DNA of 64,000 nucleotides, from NCBI GenBank assembly GCA_031259325.1, contig JAIRLM010000025.1, positions 612 through 64,611 of the forward strand, given 5' to 3'. The DNA is from Puniceicoccales bacterium. Its GTDB lineage: Bacteria; Verrucomicrobiota; Verrucomicrobiia; Opitutales; JAIRLM01. Positions 17,041-25,229 of this stretch are shown here, piece after piece; the first letter of the stretch is position 1; each line of letters starts with the position of its first letter. Under the pieces are notes generated by a model. That model made no database searches, was not told the DNA's origin, and worked only from the letters and a program-made list of their open reading frames with translations. Position numbers and translations under genes: made by a program.

Positions 17041-17080
17041 TTGGTTCCATTGGTTTCGTTGGGACCGTTGGATCTGTTGG
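17041..17080. repeat. five TTGG tetramers at an exact 9-bp period (candidate operator/iteron array)
   Basis: TTGG starts at 17041, 17050, 17059, 17068 and 17077. The array lies in the 257-bp gap upstream of the phage-like operon. The palindrome TTGTACAA is at 17100..17107. Confidence 0.6.
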
Positions 17081-17218
17081 GCGAAAATAGGACGAAATTT
17101 TGTACAATGGCGCTATCGGCCAGACGAAAATGGGTGCCACCGATGGATGCTGAAAAAGAAAAACTTCCAAGGGAGTTGGATTTTTCAAATTTCTCTTCAG
17201 AAAGCGAGGATCAACCAG

Positions 17219-18718
17219 CTACGGCTTCGCCTTTCGCTTGAGTGCCAATTCTTCTTCGGCCAGCCAGGTTTTTCGCATTTCGAGAATTTCTGCGTCCGTG
17301 CGGCCAAGTGCAACGGCCAATTTCTCACGATATTCATGCGGCATTCGCGAAATGAATACCAATGTGTACGTTTGCGACCATTGAGAATCATTATCCGTGG
17401 TGTATGGGCACTTACAGATGAGTCGGATTAATCGCAACGCCACATCTTTCGGGGAATGACGCAAACAATTTCTTATCAATGCCTTAGCCGTCCTACTTGT
17501 GCCAGTATCAGTGAAATATGACGTGACAGCCACAGGACCATCCACATTATCAAATTGTTCTTCAAGCGCGGCAACTTCTTTCTCCATCGCATCTGGGTGC
17601 TCCGCAAATATATCATACCCAAACTCGTGGTGTAACACACATCCGTCCGGATAATGCGCACGTTCAAAGCATTCATCGAAATCCATTGAACGCGTGCTGT
17701 TTTTCAGTAGTATTTTTCTTGCGGAAGAGTTGAATCGCATTCGAAATTGGGTAGATGTTATCGTGCCGCCGGTAAGAAAAGAATGCAACGCATCTAACTT
17801 TTCGCCCACGTTTACATCGTTAAAATCTCGTATTTCGAAACATGTGCGTGCATCTTCTCTCATCCCAGGAGTGGAATTCAGCAATAGAAAATCAAACGCG
17901 GCGTTTGATCCTTGACTCGCATCGTCGCCGTAATGTGTTTCTTTGAAGAGTAAACTAAGCACCTGACCATGTATTTGTTTGGCATCCACCGGCGAACACT
18001 GCCTGCAAATGGATACGGCCGCAGCTAAAATTTTAGGAAACCCTATGCAACCCCTAGTCCAACAAAGATTTTTTTCCAGAAGGGGAAAAACATGCTTCCA
18101 GGCGGCGACTTTGTCGGGAGAACCAAGCAATATTTTTTGCAGCGCACCAGCGGCGGTCGCGCCAGCGATAGTATCATATTCATTTCGGCACGCTGCGTCT
18201 ATAACTGGATCAAACCGTGTCCACGTCAGGTCCGTATCCTTGTCCGCACGGACAAATGCGGGCCTCATATGTTCCAAGTCAGCGTCATTGATACCGTCAA
18301 AAACTGCCGAAGCTTCCCAAATGCTGTTTAGCTCATCGGCAACCGTCGCCATAAGCTCGGCGTGGTCGCGGGCGGCCTTGGCTGGATTGACCCACCACCA
18401 CAGGCCAACACAAACCGCCACGGTGCCTCCGGCGATGCAATCAAGTACAATCAGTGCTGGACCAAACGGGATTCCGAAGAAGCAGCTCCCCGCCAGAATC
18501 GCAAACGCCGCCACCGCGGCAACCGAGAGTAGTGCATCAATTACGGTGGCATTACCAAACACGGCTACTACAAACCTCGTTGCCTTCGTATGTACGGTCG
18601 GGAAACGTGACTCAATGCTCTTGAGCGCCCGTGAAGCACAGCTGGATAAACGAACTGCATACCAGGACAAATAGGCATCTGGAGAAACGGACAAAAGCGG
18701 AGGAGGCGCATCATTCAT
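17219..18718 (-). CDS. hypothetical membrane protein with N-proximal bilobed hydrophobic domain (Inc-like architecture)
   Basis: 499 aa. Residues ~62-110 read LLSVAAVAAFAILAGSCFFGI-PFGP-ALIVLDCIAGGTVAVCVGLWWWV. The large C-terminal part has no recognised motif. GC is lower than in the core genes. Confidence 0.65.
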   Translation of the reverse strand: MNDAPPPLLSVSPDAYLSWYAVRLSSCASRALKSIESRFPTVHTKATRFVVAVFGNATVIDALLSVAAVAAFAILAGSCFFGIPFGPALIVLDCIAGGTVAVCVGLWWWVNPAKAARDHAELMATVADELNSIWEASAVFDGINDADLEHMRPAFVRADKDTDLTWTRFDPVIDAACRNEYDTIAGATAAGALQKILLGSPDKVAAWKHVFPLLEKNLCWTRGCIGFPKILAAAVSICRQCSPVDAKQIHGQVLSLLFKETHYGDDASQGSNAAFDFLLLNSTPGMREDARTCFEIRDFNDVNVGEKLDALHSFLTGGTITSTQFRMRFNSSARKILLKNSTRSMDFDECFERAHYPDGCVLHHEFGYDIFAEHPDAMEKEVAALEEQFDNVDGPVAVTSYFTDTGTSRTAKALIRNCLRHSPKDVALRLIRLICKCPYTTDNDSQWSQTYTLVFISRMPHEYREKLAVALGRTDAEILEMRKTWLAEEELALKRKAKP

Positions 18719-18734
18719 AATTTGATCGTCAAAA

Positions 18735-20543
18735 ATGGGGCCAGCGACTAGATGTCAAACATTTTTTATGGTATTTTTGTTGACAATCGGAACCTCTTTT
18801 AGCATCCAATCGTCTATGAGTTCTATACGACAACAGGATCGTGGACGCCCGGAGCCGTTGCCGAGTTCACCCGCAGACAAATCGGACTTGGGTGAGGTTA
18901 CGTCAAAAAGATCGATGTTCCAAGTCCAAACTTCGCTTGTGTGGAGATTGTTGGCCAAATTTCAAGTTGTTATGCTCAGGGTTGCCCGGTTCTTGGTAGG
19001 ACCGTTTAGCATTCAGGCGGTCTTTTTTCTAACAGGAAGAATTGCGTGCAAGGAGACGGAGTTGTTGATACAATCGCGCCTGTTTCCTTTTCCTCCAGAG
19101 GAGCCATATCATTCGGAAGCAGGCCGTGAAAGTAATTCTTCTGGGAGAGTTCTAGATATTGTTTCGGGACATATGCCGATCTCGCCTAATCCAATGGCTA
19201 AAAAATCAGAGATTATACCGGATGTGTTACAAGCGACAGATAGCGAAGAAACAGATTTAGAAACGTCCGAGAACGAGGAGGGTTTTCGTTCCGGGCCCTT
19301 ACCCATTGGCAATTCGAGTACAGCCCCGGCAGAATGGCAAAAAAAAGCTCATTATACACTCCAAGATGCAATTTCGTACTATTTTAAGATGACTCTACGG
19401 AAAGTTAGCGACGCAGGTTTCGAGTACACTGTTCCGCCTGATATTGAGCAGGCGATGCGTGCTTCTGCGACATCTGAATACGTGGAAAGGGCTCTGGTCA
19501 AACCCGACGACACATGTTGTCACCCTTGCCCGACAGAAGCGGAATCGCTATATCCAGGGACGCAAAGAGACGCGGAAGCTTGGGTGGCGCATGCGCATAA
19601 AATTGACGTCCTATGCAGGCAACTAAAATGGCGCGCCAATAGGATTAGTGAGCTTCAGTGTGAATTGAAAATCTACGATAACCAAATGGACACATGGAGG
19701 GAATACCGCGCTCATTTGGTTAAATACGGCATGGAATGCCCCGAACTCTGCGTATGTCCGGCCATTGAGGTCGCGCGCGAGCGTTTGTACGGTATAAAAC
19801 CCTCCGATTCGCCCGAAAGAATAGGACAAAAACCCCTCATCCTCGCGCAAGATCAGGCAAGTTGGTTCAATGATGCGGAAGCGGCTGAGTTGAGTGACTT
19901 GTATCGGAAGATATGGCCCGCGAACAGAGCGAATGGTAAGATAATCCATGGAATGTGCGGGCAATGTCTTGAAGTGTTCAACCTGGAAAAGCGTTCCAGT
20001 GAGGTTCGCGTTGCGTATTTTATGACATATGAAGCGTACATTCAATTGCAGTCATTACTCGGCGAAGAAATTACCTGTGATGATTTTCCGTCCGTGTGTA
20101 TTCCCAAGGGAGTTCCGCAGACAATCGAGCAATTGAAACGGTGGGTTGATGAAGGCGAAGCCCTTTTTACACGCATGATCCATGGAATCACGCCGGCGGC
20201 CGTTTGGCTCGTTGGGCGGATATCAGAGCTTCCTACTCCAGAGCAACTTATGGATCAAATACCCGAGCCGCCGGCCAACGGGGATGAGGACGCGTTTGCC
20301 GGGATTCAGAGGCAATTGGATGATTTGGCGCATATACGCGGAGTGATATTTTACGATCGGTTCCCCTCTCCCCCCTCGTGTGGACGGCTGCCCAAGAGAA
20401 GTTCAGACGGCAATACGTCGGAAGCCGTTGTGACCAAACGGACTGCCGATAAGCATCATTTTCCATTTTGGCTTCGTATGGCCGTTGACTATTTACAAAA
20501 TATGATCCAATTGCAAGGAGATATGGCTAAGATTGCCAAGTAA
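18735..20543 (+). CDS. large orphan protein (candidate secreted effector); true start probably well downstream of 18735
   Basis: Track ORF of 602 aa. Its ATG is only 16 bp from the divergent ATG at 18718. In-frame ATGs at 19173 (MPISPNP...) and 19194 (MAKKSEIIPDVLQATDSEETDLETSENEEG...) precede a disordered acidic Ser/Thr/Pro-rich segment. Several Cys clusters are present (CCHPCP, CPELCVCP, MCGQC). No family recognised. Confidence 0.55.
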   Translation: MGPATRCQTFFMVFLLTIGTSFSIQSSMSSIRQQDRGRPEPLPSSPADKSDLGEVTSKRSMFQVQTSLVWRLLAKFQVVMLRVARFLVGPFSIQAVFFLTGRIACKETELLIQSRLFPFPPEEPYHSEAGRESNSSGRVLDIVSGHMPISPNPMAKKSEIIPDVLQATDSEETDLETSENEEGFRSGPLPIGNSSTAPAEWQKKAHYTLQDAISYYFKMTLRKVSDAGFEYTVPPDIEQAMRASATSEYVERALVKPDDTCCHPCPTEAESLYPGTQRDAEAWVAHAHKIDVLCRQLKWRANRISELQCELKIYDNQMDTWREYRAHLVKYGMECPELCVCPAIEVARERLYGIKPSDSPERIGQKPLILAQDQASWFNDAEAAELSDLYRKIWPANRANGKIIHGMCGQCLEVFNLEKRSSEVRVAYFMTYEAYIQLQSLLGEEITCDDFPSVCIPKGVPQTIEQLKRWVDEGEALFTRMIHGITPAAVWLVGRISELPTPEQLMDQIPEPPANGDEDAFAGIQRQLDDLAHIRGVIFYDRFPSPPSCGRLPKRSSDGNTSEAVVTKRTADKHHFPFWLRMAVDYLQNMIQLQGDMAKIAK

Positions 20544-20722
20544 CCCCCTCGCGGCGTATTCGCGTTTTTTTGCGCCTTGTTTGTGGGACTTCGGCAGCAA
20601 ATTGGCTGATTGTGGCAAAGCAGGGTGCTCGGCGGTTTTTTATTGGGCAGTATTTCCCTAGCTTTATTCCGCGCGGTGTTTTTCTATTTGCATTTGAAAA
20701 GCACGGACCATAAACTCCGTCC

Positions 20723-21217
20723 ATGGATTTGGATACGCTCATGGCGGGTGTGAGTCGGCGCATGAACCTCCCGCTCAAACTCGACCCGGAGACGCGGCGC
20801 TGTGTGTTGCAAGACAAGGAATCACACCTGGAAATTCTCATTGAATTCCCCCAGCGAAACACGGCGTTGTTCATTTACTCACCGCTCATGCAGCTTCCCA
20901 AGGAGATCGACCAGGCAAAATTCCTGGAATCACTCCTCGAGCTCAACCTCTTCGGCCTGCAAACCAACGGGACCACCATCGGCTTTGACCGCAAGCACGG
21001 GCACATCGTCCTCCACCACTCCGTCCCGCTGGAATTCGTCGATGAGCAGATTTTTGTAAACGTGCTAACCAATTTCATCGCAACGGCACGAAAAATTTCG
21101 TCGCGGATAAGCGACCTGCAGCTGGTCAATCAAAAGCGAGCCAAAATCGCCAATACCCACTATACCCCGGCGGAAAATGCCAAGCCGCGCCAGTCCATGA
21201 GGATCGTCCGCATATGA
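20723..21217 (+). CDS. CesT/SycE-family type III secretion chaperone-like protein
   Basis: 164 aa. The pattern MDLDTLMAGVSRRMNLPLKLDPETRRCVLQDKESHLEILIEFPQRNTALFIYSPLMQLP...KFLESLLELNLFGLQTNGTTIGFDRKHGHIVLHHSVPLEFVDEQIFVNVLTNFI follows the CesT-family layout. The related YbjN-like fold cannot be excluded. Confidence 0.65.
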   Translation: MDLDTLMAGVSRRMNLPLKLDPETRRCVLQDKESHLEILIEFPQRNTALFIYSPLMQLPKEIDQAKFLESLLELNLFGLQTNGTTIGFDRKHGHIVLHHSVPLEFVDEQIFVNVLTNFIATARKISSRISDLQLVNQKRAKIANTHYTPAENAKPRQSMRIVRI

Positions 21218-21266
21218 AGGGATTTTGACCGGATCACGCGGGAACAAGGAAGAAAAAAGGACGAAA

Positions 21267-22658
21267 ATGACGGAGGTTTCACCGGGAAAAAATGACCTCC
21301 TCCGCATTTGCCGATTTTATCACATCCTACCCGGCGGTACTTCGCATTTTTTCGTCCAAGAAGGCCGCGATTTTCAATTATTTTCCGAGGAATTGTCCGC
21401 GCTTCTGGGGTTCCATCCGGAGTTTGAAATCTTAGCTGGACAGGATTTCAAAAAACGCTGGCAGCAATTTGAAACCGCCGATGTGCATTGTGAAACATCC
21501 GGCAGAGAGGGCGATGCCGAAGCCAATGAAGACCTACCCCATCAAATCCAGCGGTGGTTGCACTACGGCGTGGAATTTGGCGCGGCGGATATCCACTTCG
21601 AAAGCGACGCGGACGAAATTTTCCTGCGCATGCGCATTGATGGAACCCTGCGAACGGTGCACAAATTTCCGCCGGAATTACGCCAAGAACTTTCCGCCTG
21701 CCTGCGCGCCATGGCGAATTTGGACATCTCGGAGCATTTTCGCCCACAGGACGGCCGGCTGAAGTGTTTTGTGAACGGTAAGGACGTGGAATGTCGCATC
21801 TCCGTCCTGCCCACGAAGGCCGGTGAAAGCGTGGTCCTGCGGGTTTTGGACAAAAATCGACGATTTCCCCGCTTGGACAACCTGCAAATGCCGCCGGAAA
21901 TCATGGACGCCACGCGACATATCATGCGATTGACCAATGGGTTGTTCCTGGTCATCGGCCCCACCGGCAGCGGAAAAACCACGTCCATTTACGCCGCCCT
22001 GCAGGAAATTAACACCGACGCCGTGAAACTGCTGACCATTGAAGATCCCATTGAATACGAATTGGATGGCATTTTGCAGGTGGCCGTGGACCTGGCCGCC
22101 GACCGGACATTTTCTTCCATTTTGCGATCCTTTCTCCGCCACGACCCGGACAAGATTCTTGTGGGGGAAATTCGCGACCGGGAAACGGCGCAAACTGCCC
22201 TACAGGCGGCGCTTACCGGACATCTGGTTCTCACAACGCTGCACACGGCGACGGTGGAAGAGGCACTCCTCCGCCTACAAGAGATGGGCGTGGATCCGTT
22301 TTTGCTCAGCTGCTGCCTGCGCGGCGTTCTTTCCCAGCGGCTGCTGCGGCTTAACTGTCCCCATTGCGCTGAAACATGCCCGGAAGAAGCAATCGACAAA
22401 CTTCCAGAAATCCTCCGCCAAACCCCTCCCGTTCATTTGAAATTTGGAAAGGGTTGTGACCAATGCGGCCACACGGGGCACCGTGGACAGCGGGCGGTTT
22501 TTGAGCTTTTTTCCATGGACGACTCCGCGCGGGAAAATGTGGCCATGGGAAATTTTTCGCGGCTAAAATCCACCGAGTCACTGGCGGATCAGGCGGCAAC
22601 GTGGGTGGCGGAGGGTATTTTGTGCCCAGCGGAATTTTTGGAGCAAATACCATGCTGA
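21267..22658 (+). CDS. GspE/PilB-family secretion ATPase with N-terminal T2SSE_N-like domain
   Basis: Walker A GPTGSGKTTS; ILVGEIRD; His box TGHLVLTTLHT; tetracysteine CPHC...CDQC. ATG at 21267 has AAGGA 5 nt upstream. The frame opens at TTG 21225, 7 nt after the chaperone stop. Confidence 0.9.
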   Translation: MTEVSPGKNDLLRICRFYHILPGGTSHFFVQEGRDFQLFSEELSALLGFHPEFEILAGQDFKKRWQQFETADVHCETSGREGDAEANEDLPHQIQRWLHYGVEFGAADIHFESDADEIFLRMRIDGTLRTVHKFPPELRQELSACLRAMANLDISEHFRPQDGRLKCFVNGKDVECRISVLPTKAGESVVLRVLDKNRRFPRLDNLQMPPEIMDATRHIMRLTNGLFLVIGPTGSGKTTSIYAALQEINTDAVKLLTIEDPIEYELDGILQVAVDLAADRTFSSILRSFLRHDPDKILVGEIRDRETAQTALQAALTGHLVLTTLHTATVEEALLRLQEMGVDPFLLSCCLRGVLSQRLLRLNCPHCAETCPEEAIDKLPEILRQTPPVHLKFGKGCDQCGHTGHRGQRAVFELFSMDDSARENVAMGNFSRLKSTESLADQAATWVAEGILCPAEFLEQIPC

Positions 22659-23725
22659 GAATATTTCACTTTCTCCGGCCAAAGGTGGATGAGGCGCAGC
22701 TTTTAGCGTTCACACGCCAGCTAGCGGTGCTCATCCGGAGCGGCGTTGGCCTGCTGAAGGCCCTGCAAATTTTGGAACGGCAGGAGAAAAATTCCACGCT
22801 GCGGATGGTTCTCACAACGGCCATTCAGGGACTTACCCTTGGACAACCGCTGCATGTGATCCTGGAGTCATTTCCGCAAATCTTCGATGTGACCTATTGC
22901 CAAATGGTGAAGGCTGGGGAATCCTCCGGTGACCTGGGGGCAACGCTGGAACACATTTCCGGCTTTCGCATGCGCATTTTACGCACGAAGCACCGCACCG
23001 TTTCCGCGCTCTTTTACCCAATCACCGTCCTGGTCGTCGCCCTAATCGCCGTGCTATTTCTGACAACATATGTGGTTCCGCGCTTTGAGAGTCTCCTCCA
23101 AGCGAGCCATTCATCCACGCCCCTGCCCGCACTGACGCGAACTTTGATCGGCTTTGGGGCATTTCTGCGCGCCCACGCCCATTCCATATTACTGGCGGCG
23201 GTATTGGCTATTTTGGGCCTATGTATCGGCGGACAAACGCAACGCGGTCGACTCTTGCGAGGTAAAATTGCCCTCCGCCTGCCATTTTTCGGCCAATTGT
23301 TTTTGATGCAAAACCTGGTCATTTTCCTGCGCACCTTTGGCCTGTTACTGGAGCACGCCGTTCCGACCACCGAGGCATTGGCACTTGCGGCAAATGGTTT
23401 ACCAAACGCTGCGATGAAATCATACCTGCTCCAACTCGTGGAGCGGGTGCGCGTGGGGGAGTCCCTGATCGACCTCTTGGCCCCGTCTCCGTTCATGCTG
23501 CCGTTTGTCCACGGGCTTTTGGTTGTCGGCGAGGAAAGCGGGCGCCTGGCTGACATGCTCCTTCACGCGGGGGAGGCAACCGCCGAAGAATTGGATCGCC
23601 ACTTGGAGCGCGCCGCCGCGGTACTGCAGCCGGTTGTGGTTCTCATTTTGGCCGGTGTTGTGGCCCTCATCGCCGCCGCCATGCTCCTGCCTATGGCGCA
23701 AATGCTACAATTGTCCGACATCTAA
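22652..23725 (+). CDS. GspF/PilC-family inner-membrane platform protein
   Basis: Duplicated T2SSF-type repeat (FTRQLAVLIRSGVGLLKALQIL... and LVIFLRTFGLLLEHAVPTTEAL...) with three hydrophobic segments. ATG at 22652 overlaps the end of the ATPase gene. Confidence 0.85.
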   Translation: MLRIFHFLRPKVDEAQLLAFTRQLAVLIRSGVGLLKALQILERQEKNSTLRMVLTTAIQGLTLGQPLHVILESFPQIFDVTYCQMVKAGESSGDLGATLEHISGFRMRILRTKHRTVSALFYPITVLVVALIAVLFLTTYVVPRFESLLQASHSSTPLPALTRTLIGFGAFLRAHAHSILLAAVLAILGLCIGGQTQRGRLLRGKIALRLPFFGQLFLMQNLVIFLRTFGLLLEHAVPTTEALALAANGLPNAAMKSYLLQLVERVRVGESLIDLLAPSPFMLPFVHGLLVVGEESGRLADMLLHAGEATAEELDRHLERAAAVLQPVVVLILAGVVALIAAAMLLPMAQMLQLSDI

Positions 23726-23827
23726 AATTTGAAATGATTTAATTCAATATCGCGAATTTTTGATCCAGGCATAATTTTGCCACAAAAATGCTCGCATCTC
23801 GTTCATAATTTCCTTACTCGCAGCGGA

Positions 23828-24979
23828 ATGGGTGCGAGAGCGCTGGCGAGGATGGCGGATGGCGGCGGTGTATTTCCCGATATGCCCGCGGTGACATCCG
23901 GTGAACCCGACACGATGGGCGAAAAGAAGGCTGCACCGCTACCACCACCGTCGGGCAAGATCTTGATTTCTAGAGGTGCACCTGTCAGCAATGACAGCGC
24001 GCAAGAAAGAAATGTAATACTCAAAATTTTGCGCGTGCATTTTCCGCGTTTTCTAGATGGGGAAGCCGCAAAACTGTGTGCAATGCTATGTATTGACGAA
24101 TCTGCGATAACGCAGATGTTAACTGATCCACGTGCGGTCATTTCCCGCATAAATTCGATGAATGAATCCGAATTTGTGGAAGCAACCCACGTCGTCAACG
24201 CTTGGCTTGGGTTCGTACACGCATTCCACCAATTACACAGATGGCAACTTGCCATCCACTCATGGCTTGCTTGTGTGTATTTTGCGTGCGATACTGGATG
24301 GGAAGGTTCTGCTAATTCCTTAAATGAGCCGCTTGTTCGGCTATTGATAGCCGGCGCTTATATGTCCGATCAGGAGGGGCCCGATTATCTCTACCAAAGA
24401 GTCGATGGCATGACGGAATTTGGAAAATATGTAATCGAAGCGTTTAGTGGCGAAATTCCAATGCGCCAATCCATGATCCTCTCCATTTTGTGTGACAGGA
24501 TTCCAGGTTACGGAAAAATGTCTAAAACAGACGGAATGTATTGGCTTATGAGCAATATTCCTCAAATTTTTGATACTTCATCGCGGGAGATCCCAATATG
24601 GCATAATGACGCTCCTAATGTGCGGGTGGCACTTAAGGAGATTATACTAGACGGGGAGCTTTTATCTCAATGGGTCAGCAAGCACGCCACAAGCATGCGT
24701 TTTTATGTAAAAATTACTGAGTTTGTTGGGTTTGATTTTCGCGGAGATTATTCGCATGTATTTATTTATGTGCTTTGTGCCTACATTCGATTGGCATGTG
24801 ATTTTAGATTGTTCCCGTATGAAATAAATATTCTTACTGCCTTATTTGATATTGCCAATGCTAAAAGTTTATCTGATATTGACCGCGCGTGGGAGACGAT
24901 TCCAAAACAGTTTGAAAATAGCGCAATACATAAGGCTTTTACTTGCATTAGAGCGTCAATGCTTTGCGATTTTGCATGA
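23828..24979 (+). CDS. orphan hypothetical protein (low GC); start uncertain
   Basis: The track ORF 23777..24979 opens with TTG. In-frame ATGs are at 23828, 23852 and 23915. No motif recognised. A spot count in a single 60-nt line gives about 38% GC. Confidence 0.5.
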   Translation: MGARALARMADGGGVFPDMPAVTSGEPDTMGEKKAAPLPPPSGKILISRGAPVSNDSAQERNVILKILRVHFPRFLDGEAAKLCAMLCIDESAITQMLTDPRAVISRINSMNESEFVEATHVVNAWLGFVHAFHQLHRWQLAIHSWLACVYFACDTGWEGSANSLNEPLVRLLIAGAYMSDQEGPDYLYQRVDGMTEFGKYVIEAFSGEIPMRQSMILSILCDRIPGYGKMSKTDGMYWLMSNIPQIFDTSSREIPIWHNDAPNVRVALKEIILDGELLSQWVSKHATSMRFYVKITEFVGFDFRGDYSHVFIYVLCAYIRLACDFRLFPYEINILTALFDIANAKSLSDIDRAWETIPKQFENSAIHKAFTCIRASMLCDFA

Positions 24980-25229
24980 TGCCGTGTCTTCCGGATGGGC
25001 TGTGCCTGGAGCGGGCCAGGGAAACCAGGTCGGTTGAATTTGATGGGAGAGATGTGATTCCGTTTGACTCGCAGGATTTTAGGGGGTTTTGTAATGTCAT
25101 GCGCATCCTTGGGGATATGGGGGTTATTTGTGGTTACGTTCCTTGTCTGCTGAATGGAAAGGTAGAAAACGTGTTAGATGGTCGCGATGAATAGGATCGG
25201 ACGGCGATTGATGTGTGAAATTGCAGTAA

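Noticed and set aside
16988-17431. A 147-aa plus-strand ORF with WFHWFRWDRWICW, and minus-strand ORF 17003..17188 with PTDPTVPTKPMEPT, as coding explanations for the 9-bp TTGG repeat.
   Set aside because: The plus ORF overlaps the 3' end of the 499-aa gene antisense and is Trp/Cys/Arg-rich. The minus ORF starts at TTG without an SD. Neither looks like a real protein, though translation of the 61-aa minus ORF cannot be strictly excluded.
20550-20571. A possible intrinsic terminator after the 602-aa gene (CGCG-GCGTATT-CGCG followed by T7).
   Set aside because: The stem is only 4 bp. That is too weak to call without a folding-energy calculation.
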